DNA of 64,000 bases from Candidatus Levyibacteriota bacterium (GTDB lineage Bacteria > Patescibacteriota > Microgenomatia > Levybacterales > UBA12049): assembly GCA_963722305.1 (NCBI GenBank), contig CAVRKE010000001.1, forward strand, positions 12,312 to 76,311, in the 5' to 3' direction. This document shows positions 1-9,787 of this stretch, one piece after another. Within the stretch, counting starts at the first letter, position 1. Each line of letters opens with the position of its first letter. The translations under genes and the position numbers were made by a program. The notes below the pieces were generated by a model. It ran no database searches. It saw only the letters and a program-made list of their open reading frames with translations, and was not told the DNA's origin.

Positions 1-780
1 AATTATTTCCAATATTTTACCGGTGATTTTTTGTTTATTAAAGGCGGGTTGCCGCTACTTCTAAGAGTGCCGAACATGGGTTTAGTTTACATTGTCGAAC
101 TGCCATTTATTCTGTGGGGGGTAATTAATTTGGTTAAAAGCAAAAATAAGTTTTCTAAAATTGCCCTGCTTTGGCTTTTGGTGGCTCCGGTGGTTTCCGC
201 GATTACGGTAGACGACAGCCCGAATGTCAGAAGAGCGCTGGTGATGTTTCCTGCGGTGGAAATGATTGCTGCCTACGGTTTCTTGATTTTCTTGGAAAAT
301 TATAGAGAGAATAAAAAGATTATTGTTTCACTAATATTTGCTTTATTTTTAGTTTTTAACTTTGCCTACTTTATGCACCAATACTTTATCCACGCCCAGA
401 TTAACAAGAACTGGTACCGTAACGTTGGTTTCAAAGAAATGGTGATGGATGTTAAAGCTTCCTTGGCAAATTATGACAAAGTAATCGTCACCAAAGCGGA
501 AAGCGGTGTGGGAATAATCACCCTTTTTTATATGCAGTATGATCCGGCTACTTACCAAAAGGAGGGTTCGCATCAGGATAAGGCTTATACCGGTTTTGGC
601 AAGTTCTTTTTTACCAACGCTTTTTGTCCGTCGGCCCAACCTGATCCCAAATATCCCAAAGCCAAGAAGATTATTTATGTTGATGACGGTACTTGTCCGG
701 ATTCGGCGATGCTTGGCTTAAAACATACCGACATCGTCAGAAAAGATGATACCCGGGTGTTTAGAATTGTCTATGACTAG
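1..780 (+). CDS. C-terminal part of a Pmt/ArnT-like (GT39-type) GT-C glycosyltransferase; 5' end lies outside the window
   Basis: The frame is open from base 1. The C-terminal domain aligns with the C-termini of the 773-2419, 19829, 21439 and 23055 paralogs (YxQYDPxxYQK, FGKF motifs). A TM segment precedes it. Confidence 0.6.
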   Translation, partial: NYFQYFTGDFLFIKGGLPLLLRVPNMGLVYIVELPFILWGVINLVKSKNKFSKIALLWLLVAPVVSAITVDDSPNVRRALVMFPAVEMIAAYGFLIFLENYRENKKIIVSLIFALFLVFNFAYFMHQYFIHAQINKNWYRNVGFKEMVMDVKASLANYDKVIVTKAESGVGIITLFYMQYDPATYQKEGSHQDKAYTGFGKFFFTNAFCPSAQPDPKYPKAKKIIYVDDGTCPDSAMLGLKHTDIVRKDDTRVFRIVYD

Positions 781-2419
781 ATTTTTAAAATGGAATTTCA
801 TTATTCTTGCATTAATTTTGCTACTGGGATTTTGTTTAAGGTTCTATCAGTTGGGTAGTAATCCGCCAAGTCTTGACTGGGACGAAGCCTCTTTGGGTTA
901 CAATGCCTATTCAATCTTAAAGACGGGGGCAGATGAATATGGCAATTTTTTGCCCTTAAGCTTTAGGTCTTTCGATGATTATAAACCGCCTTTGTATGTA
1001 TATCTGGATGTGCCAAGCATCGCCGTGTTTGGTTTAAATGAATTAGGAACAAGATTTCCTTCGGCCTTCCTTGGCTTTTTAAGCATCATTGTTGTTTATT
1101 GGTTAGTCAAAGAAATTTTCGATACGCTGGAGGATGATAAAAAAGAAAAATTGGCTTTAATCTCGGCTTTTTTCTGGGCAGTTTCTCCCTGGAGTTTACA
1201 GTTTTCCCGGACAGCCTTTGAGGCCAATGTCGGTTTATTTTTCTGCTTGTTGGGGTTTTTATTATTCCTAAAAGCTTTGCGAAGCCCCAAAATTATTTTT
1301 ACCTCGGTGGCTTCTTTTGCTTTAAGCATGTATTCGTATCACAGTTTTAGATTGGTTGTACCGCTATTTGCAATAGCATGTCTTATTTATTTTTGGAAAA
1401 ATGTTTGGGCAAACAAAAAATATTATTTAGTGGCGTTTATTTTTGCTTTGTTGGTTTCACTGCCGATTTTTTTGAGTTTTTTCGGGGCGAGCGGTTCGGC
1501 AGCCAGGTTAGATATGGTTTCGCTTTTTTCCGACCAAAGTCTAATTAAGGAGTCTACAAAAACAGTGCAATACGATCTGGTTCGCCATGACTACATTGGT
1601 GCGGCCCTCAATAATAGAAGGATTGTCTACGCAGTAGCCGCAATTAAATCATATTTTGTTCATTGGAATCCCGATTTTCTTTTTTTGCACGGCGACGGCG
1701 GAGTTCAACATCATGCCTACAACATGGGGATGCTTTATCTGTGGGATTTGCCCTTTATTTTAATCGGTATATTTGCACTTCTTATTAAAAACAGAACAAA
1801 AAAAACATGGCTTTTAATCGTCATGTTCTTATTGGCTCCCTTACCGGCCGCGGTTTCAACCGGTGCTCCGCATCCGGTCAGAGCAATTACGATGGCGCCG
1901 GTATTTTCCATCTTTGCGGCTTTTGGAGTATACTATCTTTTTTTTAACCAGACAAAAATTCAAAGAAGAGTTCTTTTAACCATTATGGCGCTTCTTTTTA
2001 TTGCAAACTTCGGTTATTATCTTTATCAATATTATGTTCAAACGCCGATTAAGTATGGCTATTTCTGGCAGTATGGAAATAAACAGGCAGTCCAGGCAGC
2101 CAGGTCTTTGGAAAGGAAGTACACAAAAATTATTTTTACCTACGCCTACGACCAGCCTTACATTTACTATTTGTTCTACAATAAAATTGACCCGGCTTGG
2201 TACCAAAAGCACTGGAATTATTTGGGCAACGGCCAAGTGGAAAGGTTTAAGAGAATTATTGGTAAATACGAATTCAGAAATATTAACTGGGGAGTTGACA
2301 GTAAACTCGAAGATACTTTATTAATCGGCAGTCCGGCGGAAATTCCGGCTAATGCAACCATAATTAAGACAATTTATTATCTTGACGGGACGGTTGCTTA
2401 TAGAATTGTCGGTACATGA
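773..2419 (+). CDS. Pmt/ArnT-like GT-C glycosyltransferase (GT39/PMT_2-like), polytopic
   Basis: N-terminal loop 'PPSLDWDEASLGYNAYSIL..GADEYGNFLPL..FDDYKPPLY' is the DE/first-loop motif typical of Pmt/ArnT-type enzymes. There are many TM helices. The C-terminal soluble domain has the WQYGNKQAV..PYIYYLFY motif. The start is probably the ATG at 773, overlapping the upstream stop. Confidence 0.75.
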   Translation: MTRFLKWNFIILALILLLGFCLRFYQLGSNPPSLDWDEASLGYNAYSILKTGADEYGNFLPLSFRSFDDYKPPLYVYLDVPSIAVFGLNELGTRFPSAFLGFLSIIVVYWLVKEIFDTLEDDKKEKLALISAFFWAVSPWSLQFSRTAFEANVGLFFCLLGFLLFLKALRSPKIIFTSVASFALSMYSYHSFRLVVPLFAIACLIYFWKNVWANKKYYLVAFIFALLVSLPIFLSFFGASGSAARLDMVSLFSDQSLIKESTKTVQYDLVRHDYIGAALNNRRIVYAVAAIKSYFVHWNPDFLFLHGDGGVQHHAYNMGMLYLWDLPFILIGIFALLIKNRTKKTWLLIVMFLLAPLPAAVSTGAPHPVRAITMAPVFSIFAAFGVYYLFFNQTKIQRRVLLTIMALLFIANFGYYLYQYYVQTPIKYGYFWQYGNKQAVQAARSLERKYTKIIFTYAYDQPYIYYLFYNKIDPAWYQKHWNYLGNGQVERFKRIIGKYEFRNINWGVDSKLEDTLLIGSPAEIPANATIIKTIYYLDGTVAYRIVGT

Positions 2420-4062
2420 AAAAAACTTTACTTTATTATTTCGGAATACTAATTTTGGCGGTAGTGGTTTGTTTGCCTTTGATTTTGCCTTATTTCAGAA
2501 CCGGTTTTTTCCCAAGCCATGACGGGGAATGGACAGTAGTCAGGTTGTCGGACATGTACCGGGAAATCAAAGACCTGCAGTTCCCTCCGCGTTACAGCGG
2601 GTATTTAAACTTCCAGTATGGGTATCCGCTGTTTAACTTTACCTATCCTTTACCATATTATTTTGGTTTATTTTTCGTTTTTCTTAAAGCCGGATTTGTA
2701 AACAGTATTAAAATTTTATTTTCCCTAAGCGTTATTCTGTCGTTTTTCTCGATGTTTATCCTTTCGGCTTCTGTCTGGAAAAACAAATGGGCGGGTTTGG
2801 TCAGCGCTATTTTTTACGCTTATGTTCCTTATCGAGTTGTTGACTTATATGTCCGGGGTTCGATTGGTGAATCGTTGTCGTTTGTGCTTTTTCCACTAAT
2901 ATTTTTGAGCATAAAAAGAATCTACGAGAAAAGACAGTTTAGCGATATGGTCTGGCTGGGAGTTTTGTATGCTCTGCTGATTGCCACCCATAATATCATG
3001 ACGGTGCTGTTTGGAATTGTAGTTTTACTTATCATGTTGGCCGCTTTATTTAAAAAAGAAATCGAGTTTATCGTCAAGCTCGTTTTGTCATTAATGCTGT
3101 CTTTGTGCTTTTCGGCCTTTTTCTGGATTCCTGCCATTTTTGAAAAAAATTTAATCCATTTATCAATAATTCCGATTGCGGATAGGAGTTTGTATTTTGT
3201 CAAGCCATTGCAGCTAATTCTGCCGCAATGGGGATACGGAACGCCGACCGACCCAAACCCTTTTGGCTATCAGGTCGGAATTCCTCAGTTAATAATTTTT
3301 GTTTTGGCGGCAGTATTTATTCTGATAAATATCAAAAAGGATAAGCTTGCCAAGACCGGGCTTTTTCTGGTTGTGTCAACGCTTTTGATCTCAATTTTGC
3401 TTTTTTCTCCAACAGCCATCATCTGGAGTAAAACGCCCTTACTTTCGGAAATAAATTATCCCTGGACGCTTCTGGGAGTGATAATGTTTTTGGTCGGTTT
3501 AACCGCCGGATATTTAACTAAATTAGGCAAAACTTTTATTGCTTTAAGCATATTCTTAAGTATTTTTGCCATTATTTTTGTGATGCCTCACTCCCGACCC
3601 CAATATTTTGTCAACAGGGGAGATGCTTATTATTCCACAAATCAGGGTACGACAACTTCGTCAAATGAACTGATGCCTTTATGGGTGAAGGAGTGGCCGG
3701 TTAGTTCACCGCTTGAAAAGGTGGTTATCAATTCAGGCAAAGTCAAAGATGTTGCTTATAACTCCCGGAAAATAACTTTTACTGTTGATTTACCAAAAAC
3801 TGAAATAGTCAGAATAAATATAATCTACTATCCCGGATGGGTGTTCACGGTTGACGGACAACCGGCAAAAATTAATTATGCCAATCCCACCGGGGTGATG
3901 GATTTGCGGATTGCCACCGGAAAACATGCTGTCAAAGGAATTTTTACGGAAACCCCCCTGAGGCTTCTCAGCGATTTAATCTCGCTAGTTGCCATTATTG
4001 GGTTTTTCCTGGGATTAATCTATCGATTAATCTATAATAATATTTTGAGATTAAGAAAATGA
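2416..4062 (+). CDS. Polytopic membrane protein, putative GT-C glycosyltransferase ('family D', YfhO-like C-terminus)
   Basis: 548 aa with about 12 TM helices. N-terminal loop 'FFPSHDGEWTVVRL...FPPRYSGYLNFQYGYPLFNF'. C-terminal 'YYPGWVFTVDGQPAKI' resembles the YfhO C-terminal YxPxWxAxVDG motif. ATGA overlap with the upstream gene. Confidence 0.55.
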   Translation: MKKTLLYYFGILILAVVVCLPLILPYFRTGFFPSHDGEWTVVRLSDMYREIKDLQFPPRYSGYLNFQYGYPLFNFTYPLPYYFGLFFVFLKAGFVNSIKILFSLSVILSFFSMFILSASVWKNKWAGLVSAIFYAYVPYRVVDLYVRGSIGESLSFVLFPLIFLSIKRIYEKRQFSDMVWLGVLYALLIATHNIMTVLFGIVVLLIMLAALFKKEIEFIVKLVLSLMLSLCFSAFFWIPAIFEKNLIHLSIIPIADRSLYFVKPLQLILPQWGYGTPTDPNPFGYQVGIPQLIIFVLAAVFILINIKKDKLAKTGLFLVVSTLLISILLFSPTAIIWSKTPLLSEINYPWTLLGVIMFLVGLTAGYLTKLGKTFIALSIFLSIFAIIFVMPHSRPQYFVNRGDAYYSTNQGTTTSSNELMPLWVKEWPVSSPLEKVVINSGKVKDVAYNSRKITFTVDLPKTEIVRINIIYYPGWVFTVDGQPAKINYANPTGVMDLRIATGKHAVKGIFTETPLRLLSDLISLVAIIGFFLGLIYRLIYNNILRLRK

Positions 4063-5804
4063 AGCTCATAAAACAATTTTTACCGTTAATTTTTATTTTG
4101 TTGTTAGCCCTTCCGGCGGCCATTCCGCTTTTCCATCCCGGTTTTTTCCCGATGCACGATGATGAACAAATAGCCAGACTCCAACAACTGACGATAGCGA
4201 TTAACAATTGGCAGATTCCGCCCCGTTGGATTCCTGATTTGGGATTTGGTTACGGCTTTCCGTTGTTTAATTTTTACCCTCCACTGGTTTACTACCTAGG
4301 GTATCTGTTTCATTTTATCGGATTTTCTTTTATTAACTCCACAAAGCTGGTCATGGGTTTGGGGTTTATCTTGTCGGCTTCGTTTATGTTCCTTTGGGTA
4401 AGAAAGCACTACGGAACGCTTGCGGGTATTTTTGCAGCCCTTCTATATACGTACGTTCCTTATCATGCAGTCGATTTATACGTTAGAGGTGCACTTTCCG
4501 AATTTTTTTCTTTCGTTTGGATTCCGGCGGTTTTTTGGGCTTTTGACCGCCTTTCGGAAAAAAAGACTTTGGGAAACGCCATACTGGCGGGGATTTTTTT
4601 AGCGTTTGTTATATTAACCCATAATTTAGTTTTTATTCAATTTATTCCCTTTTTGGCAATCTATCTAATCTATCTGCTTTATCTTGAAAGAAAAAATCTC
4701 AAAAATTTTTTGCCTTTCATAGTTCTTTCCTTAAGCTTAAGTGTCGGATTAACTTTATATTTTACGCTTCCCGCACTTTTGGAAAAACAATATACACTGG
4801 TAGATAAAATTCTTACGGGAGAATTGGCGAGTTATAAATTGTATTTTGTTTGTCCGGGGCAATTTTTCAATTCTCCGTGGGGTTACGGCGGATCAATTCC
4901 GGGGTGTATCGACGGGATGTCATTTCAAATCGGTAAAATTCAGCTATTTGTTTCTATTCTTAGCTTGATTTTTATAGTTTTTGCCGCCGCTTTTAGAAAA
5001 ATCTTTGCGTTTAAAAATCTTAAATTGCCGATTGTCGCGTTTATTCTATTGGTCTTTTCTCTGTTTATGGCAACATCTTACTCGGAATTTATTTGGAATG
5101 CGATACAACCTTTATCCTACATTCAATTTCCCTGGAGATTCCTGCTTTTTACGGCAGTCTTTTCATCATTTTTGGGCGGATTTGTCATCGCTTTTTTGGG
5201 AAAATATGTAAATAAGTATATTGTTATTTTTATTCTCGTAATCTTAGCCGGAGCTTGTTTGTATTCGATAAGATTGGATTTTAAACCATCCGCCTATCTA
5301 GCGGTGACGGATTCTACTTATACTTCAAAGCAAGATATTCAATGGCGGGTTTCCAAGATGTCCTATGAATATGTGCCTAAAGGAGTAGCAACAAAGCTTT
5401 CCGATTTGGGGACCACCATTTTGGATATATCCGAGAGTGATCTTCCCAAGAAGAGTTTCGCAGTCATAGTTGGAAAAATGACTGTGGGTGAAAAAGTAAA
5501 TATCCCCCAACGAAAAATATATTCAGTCAACGTTATTGACGCCGGACAGCTGCGTATTAATACATTTTCTTTTCCAGGCTGGATTGTACTTGTGGACGGT
5601 AAAAAAATAACATACAATGACAACAACAAATTAAAATTAATTACAATTTATTTGACAAAAGGCGAACATAAAGTAGAGATTTTATTTAAGGATACTTTGC
5701 CAAGAACAATAGGTAACAGCGTAAGCATAATCACTGTTTTGGTTTTAGTCATTCTGGGACTAATTTTAGTCAGGAAAAAGATAAAGCATGAAGAAAATAA
5801 ATGA
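4059..5804 (+). CDS. Tandem paralog of 2416-4062 (family D polytopic membrane protein, putative GT-C)
   Basis: Same motifs: 'FFPMHDDEQIARL..IPPRWIPDLGFGYGFPLFNF' and a C-terminal 'FPGWIVLVDGKKI'. Architecture is collinear with the upstream gene. Confidence 0.55.
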   Translation: MKLIKQFLPLIFILLLALPAAIPLFHPGFFPMHDDEQIARLQQLTIAINNWQIPPRWIPDLGFGYGFPLFNFYPPLVYYLGYLFHFIGFSFINSTKLVMGLGFILSASFMFLWVRKHYGTLAGIFAALLYTYVPYHAVDLYVRGALSEFFSFVWIPAVFWAFDRLSEKKTLGNAILAGIFLAFVILTHNLVFIQFIPFLAIYLIYLLYLERKNLKNFLPFIVLSLSLSVGLTLYFTLPALLEKQYTLVDKILTGELASYKLYFVCPGQFFNSPWGYGGSIPGCIDGMSFQIGKIQLFVSILSLIFIVFAAAFRKIFAFKNLKLPIVAFILLVFSLFMATSYSEFIWNAIQPLSYIQFPWRFLLFTAVFSSFLGGFVIAFLGKYVNKYIVIFILVILAGACLYSIRLDFKPSAYLAVTDSTYTSKQDIQWRVSKMSYEYVPKGVATKLSDLGTTILDISESDLPKKSFAVIVGKMTVGEKVNIPQRKIYSVNVIDAGQLRINTFSFPGWIVLVDGKKITYNDNNKLKLITIYLTKGEHKVEILFKDTLPRTIGNSVSIITVLVLVILGLILVRKKIKHEENK

Positions 5805-6504
5805 ACTTTCAATTTTTTTCCCGTTTTGGAACGAAGGGGAAAACATACAGAAGGTCGTCAGTAAAGCCATGCCGGTGGCTAAAAAAGTGGCTGAAAAATG
5901 GGAGATTATCATGGTTGACGACGGCTCGTCCGATAATACAGCCAAGGTCGCCAAGGAACTTTTGTCAAAGAATTTAAGCCTGCGGTTCGTTTCGCATCAG
6001 CCAAACCGAGGCTACGGTGCGGCACTTAAAGAGGGATTTGACAGCGCAAAATATGAGTATATTGTTTTTACCGACGGCGACGGACAGTTTGATTTTTCGG
6101 AAGTAACTAAGTTTTTAGACAAGATTAAAGATGCAGATATTGTCATCGGGCACAGAAAAAGGCGGGTTGACAATCCTTTCCGGCATATCTTAATGAATTT
6201 GTTGAAGCTTTGGGATTTGGTCTTATTCGGCTTTTACTTTAAGGACATTGATTGTGGGTTTAAACTTTTCAAAAAAAGTGCGCTTGATAAAATAGAACCT
6301 TTAAAATCGGAAGGAGCAATGATTACCACCGAAATTTTGGCAAAAGCCAAAAAAGCCAAATTAACCATTCTTCAAGTCGAGGTTAACCATTACCCCAGGA
6401 AATACGGGGACCAAAGCGGCGGAAATCTAAGAGTAATTCTAAGAGCGGTTAAGGAGAGTCTGCTTTTGTGGAAAGACCTTAATCTTAATTTCGGGAGTAA
6501 TTAA
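5788..6504 (+). CDS. GT2 glycosyltransferase, DPM1-like polyprenyl-phosphate sugar synthase type
   Basis: 'MVDDGSSDNT' and 'VFTDGDGQFD' (DxD). It is about 240 aa and soluble, matching the DPM1/DPG-synthase-like architecture. Confidence 0.75.
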   Translation: MKKINELSIFFPFWNEGENIQKVVSKAMPVAKKVAEKWEIIMVDDGSSDNTAKVAKELLSKNLSLRFVSHQPNRGYGAALKEGFDSAKYEYIVFTDGDGQFDFSEVTKFLDKIKDADIVIGHRKRRVDNPFRHILMNLLKLWDLVLFGFYFKDIDCGFKLFKKSALDKIEPLKSEGAMITTEILAKAKKAKLTILQVEVNHYPRKYGDQSGGNLRVILRAVKESLLLWKDLNLNFGSN

Positions 6505-6506
6505 TT

Positions 6507-7961
6507 ATGGAAGAGATTGATATTGCGGTAGTGACCAAGCGGTCAATTAAAGGAATATTTGCGCTTACTTCGCGAACGTTTGTTATTCAGTTGGTCAGTT
6601 TTGCCAGCAATCTTTTACTGACTATTTTCCTTTCACCGGCAGTTTTTGGCGTCTACTTCGTGGTCTCGGCGGCAATTGCCTTTCTTTCCTACTTTTCGGA
6701 TATCGGCTTAGCAGCCGCACTGATTCAAAAAAAGGAGGAAATTACCCAAGAGGAGCTACGAACCACCTTTACTATCCAACAGGTTTTGGTCGGAACAGTG
6801 GTTATAATCGCGCTTTTATTATCGCCGTTTATTGCCAAATTTTACAACCTGAAAAGCGAAGAGATACTTTTATATCAAGCTTTGGCCATCTCATTCTTCC
6901 TTTCTTCTTTAAAAACAATCCCCTCGATTATTTTGGAAAGAAACCTGCATTTTGAAAAATTGGTCATACCGCAGATAGTTGAAATATTCTTTTTTAGCGT
7001 TACGGCGGTTGTTCTTGCTGCATCCGGATTTGGTGTCACCAGCTTTACCCTGGCAGTTTTAGCCAGAGGAATTTCCGGGCTAATTGCAATTTATATTATC
7101 CAGCCCTGGAAAATCGGTTTTGGTTTTTCCAAGGCATCGGCCCGAAGGTTATTGTCTTTTGGAATTCCCTTTCAGGCCAATAGTTTTTTGGGCCTAATCA
7201 AAGACGATCTGTTTGTGGCATATCTTGGGAAAGCCCTACCGATTGCCCAAGTCGGCTATATCGGCTTTGCCCAAAAATGGGCTTATATGCCCTTAAGGCT
7301 GATTATGGATAACGTTATCAGAATTACTTTTCCGTCTTTTTCCAGATTGCAGCACCAAAAAGACGTTTTGACAAAAGCCCTCGAAAAGGCGCTGTTTGCG
7401 TCCTGCTATATAATCTTTCCGGCTGTAACGGGATTGGTGATTACAGCGCCTTATTTCGTCCACTTTATTCCCAAATATCTAAAGTGGGAGCCGGCGATCT
7501 TGTCGCTGATGTTTTTTTCCGTCAATGCCGCTTTTTCCTCCATCTCAACGCCTTTGACCAATGCGCTTAACGCCATTGGTAAAATAAAAGTTTCTTTATA
7601 TTTGATGGTTTTTTGGACGATTGCCACTTGGGTTTTAACTCCGATTTTGATTGTGATTTATGGATTCAATGGGGTGGCAATTGCTTCGGCGTTAATATCT
7701 TTATCGGTGGTAGCAGTGGTCATAATTACAAAAAGATATATCAATTTCAGCATCGTGCTTACAACCGCTGTTCCGGTAATCAGCTCAATAGTGATGGGCG
7801 TAATCGTCTATTTCTTAGGCGGAATATTTGTTAAGGGTCTAATTTCCTTACTGGTAATGTGTCTGATTGGTGCTTTGCTATACTTTGCCGTAAGTTTTAT
7901 AATTGCTAAGGAGCAGATAATTGCCGATATTAAATTGGTAAAGGAGAATTTAAGACAATGA
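6507..7961 (+). CDS. Wzx-like polysaccharide/oligosaccharide flippase (MOP superfamily)
   Basis: 484 aa, with about 12-14 TM helices throughout. Its composition is typical of 'polysaccharide biosynthesis protein' flippases. It sits between GT2 genes. Confidence 0.7.
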   Translation: MEEIDIAVVTKRSIKGIFALTSRTFVIQLVSFASNLLLTIFLSPAVFGVYFVVSAAIAFLSYFSDIGLAAALIQKKEEITQEELRTTFTIQQVLVGTVVIIALLLSPFIAKFYNLKSEEILLYQALAISFFLSSLKTIPSIILERNLHFEKLVIPQIVEIFFFSVTAVVLAASGFGVTSFTLAVLARGISGLIAIYIIQPWKIGFGFSKASARRLLSFGIPFQANSFLGLIKDDLFVAYLGKALPIAQVGYIGFAQKWAYMPLRLIMDNVIRITFPSFSRLQHQKDVLTKALEKALFASCYIIFPAVTGLVITAPYFVHFIPKYLKWEPAILSLMFFSVNAAFSSISTPLTNALNAIGKIKVSLYLMVFWTIATWVLTPILIVIYGFNGVAIASALISLSVVAVVIITKRYINFSIVLTTAVPVISSIVMGVIVYFLGGIFVKGLISLLVMCLIGALLYFAVSFIIAKEQIIADIKLVKENLRQ

Positions 7962-8875
7962 GTAAAGTAACAGCTGTAATTTCCGCTTTTAATGAGGAAA
8001 AAAACATTGAGAGATGTCTTCAGTCCTTATCTTTTGCAGACGAGATTGTCGTCGTTGATAATTCTTCATCTGATGATACGGCAAAAATCGCTAAAAAATA
8101 TACCAAGAAAGTTTTTTCCCAAGAAAATGACCCAAGCAAAATTGATATTCAGAAGAATTTAGGCTTTGAACTGGCGTCTTCCGAGTGGATTTTGAGCATT
8201 GATGCCGATGAAGAGGTTTCCGAAGGGCTGGTGAGGGAAATAGAAGAGGCCATCAATAAAAAAGATAATACGGTTAACGGTTATTGGATCCCCCGAAAAA
8301 ATATAATTTTTGGTAAGTTTATTGAATATACCGGCTGGTATCCCGATCCGCAATTAAGGTTGTTTAAGAAAGGAAGCGGAAAATTTGTCAAAACCCACGT
8401 TCATGAGCCAATTAAGCTGGAAGGGAAATCGGCCTATCTTAACGAACATTTAATTCATCATCATTACAGCACAATCTCCGAATTTGTTAACCGAACAATA
8501 AATGTCTATGCGCCAAATGAAGCACAAAATTACGTCAGTAAAGGCTACCGTTTTTCTTACTTTGACGCCATCAGGTTTCCCTTGAATGAATTTATCAGCC
8601 GGTTTTTTGCCAGAAAAGGCTATAAAGACGGGTATCATGGCCTAATGCTTTCGCTTCTGATGGCTTTTTATCACTTCATGGTTTTTGCTTTACTTTGGGA
8701 AAAACAGGGCTTTAAGGAATATGATAAAGAAGATTTTCTGACGGATACGGAGAGGGAATTTAGGCGAAGCGGACGGGACATTCTATTTTGGTTTTCAAAA
8801 GAAAAGCTGGAATCATTGAAAGGTCCATTAAGAAAGAATCTGCAAAAAATATCAAATAAACTCCACGGAATATAA
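7958..8875 (+). CDS. GT2 glycosyltransferase (WaaE/KdtX-like beta-glycosyltransferase type)
   Basis: 'VISAFNEEKNIERCL..DEIVVVDNSSSDDTAKIA' and 'SIDADEEV'. It is a paralog of 11071-11829 and 27555-28331. Confidence 0.8.
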   Translation: MSKVTAVISAFNEEKNIERCLQSLSFADEIVVVDNSSSDDTAKIAKKYTKKVFSQENDPSKIDIQKNLGFELASSEWILSIDADEEVSEGLVREIEEAINKKDNTVNGYWIPRKNIIFGKFIEYTGWYPDPQLRLFKKGSGKFVKTHVHEPIKLEGKSAYLNEHLIHHHYSTISEFVNRTINVYAPNEAQNYVSKGYRFSYFDAIRFPLNEFISRFFARKGYKDGYHGLMLSLLMAFYHFMVFALLWEKQGFKEYDKEDFLTDTEREFRRSGRDILFWFSKEKLESLKGPLRKNLQKISNKLHGI

Positions 8876-8877
8876 AT

Positions 8878-9786
8878 ATGCTAAAAGTGTTGGTTTCGTT
8901 GGTTAATTTCAATGGTGCAGAAGATACACTGTCATGTCTTGATTCTTTAGACAAGGTGACAGTTCAAGATTTCAAACTGAGTGTCGTGGTAGTTGATAAT
9001 GCCTCAAAAGAGAGTTTTCAAACGGACCGGAAGTATGGTAATTTCGAACTAAAAATAATCAGAAGCGACACGAATCTTGGATTCGCCGGCGGACAGAATT
9101 TAGGGATTAGGTATGGTTTGGAAAACGGGGCGGATTACTTTGTAGTATTAAATAACGACGTTTTGCTGGATAAAGATTTTCTGGTAGAGCTGTTAAAAAC
9201 ATTTGCAGAGGAAAAAGATTGCGGGATAGTTTCGCCTAAAATCTACTTTGCCAAAGGACATGAGTTTCATAAAGATAAATATCAAGAAAGTGAGCTGGGT
9301 AAAGTCATTTGGTATGCCGGCGGGAGAATTGATTGGCAAAATATCATTGCCTCACATCGGGGAGTAGACGAAGTTGATAAGGGACAGTTTGACAAATTGG
9401 AGAAAACCGGTTTTGCCAGCGGTTGCTGCGCAATGCTAAAAAGGACAGTTTTGGGAAAAGCAGGACTATTCGACGAAAGATATTTCCTTTACTATGAAGA
9501 TAACGATTTGTCGCAAAGGGCAAAAAAAGCGGGCTTTACAATTTACTACCAACCAAAAGCAATTATTTGGCATCTCAATGCCGGTTCAACCGGCGGCTCC
9601 GGTTCTCAATTACACGATTATTACATTACTCGAAACAGGCTTTTGTTCGGCTTCAAATTTGCTCAATTTAAGACTAAGCTGGCTTTAATTAGAGAAAGTC
9701 TCAGGTTAATTTTTAGTGGCAGGGAATGGCAAAAAAAAGGCGCAATTGATTTCTATTTAGGCAGATTTGGGAAAGGAAGTTTTTAA
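8878..9786 (+). CDS. GT2 glycosyltransferase (RfbF/rhamnosyltransferase-like subfamily)
   Basis: 'VSLVNFNGAEDTLSCLDSL', 'VVVDNASKE', 'LNNDVLL' and 'YYEDNDL'. Confidence 0.8.
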   Translation: MLKVLVSLVNFNGAEDTLSCLDSLDKVTVQDFKLSVVVVDNASKESFQTDRKYGNFELKIIRSDTNLGFAGGQNLGIRYGLENGADYFVVLNNDVLLDKDFLVELLKTFAEEKDCGIVSPKIYFAKGHEFHKDKYQESELGKVIWYAGGRIDWQNIIASHRGVDEVDKGQFDKLEKTGFASGCCAMLKRTVLGKAGLFDERYFLYYEDNDLSQRAKKAGFTIYYQPKAIIWHLNAGSTGGSGSQLHDYYITRNRLLFGFKFAQFKTKLALIRESLRLIFSGREWQKKGAIDFYLGRFGKGSF

Positions 9787-9787
9787 T

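Noticed and set aside
349-639. Small minus-strand and alternate-frame ORFs nested inside large genes (e.g. 349-639, 1096-1329, 2922-3203, 8159-8353, 15514-15768, 21636-21965, 52089-52451, 58263-58529, 63673-63888)
   Set aside because: They lie entirely inside strongly supported CDSs on the other strand or frame. They have low-complexity translations with no recognisable motifs. They are most likely spurious ORFs in AT-rich DNA.
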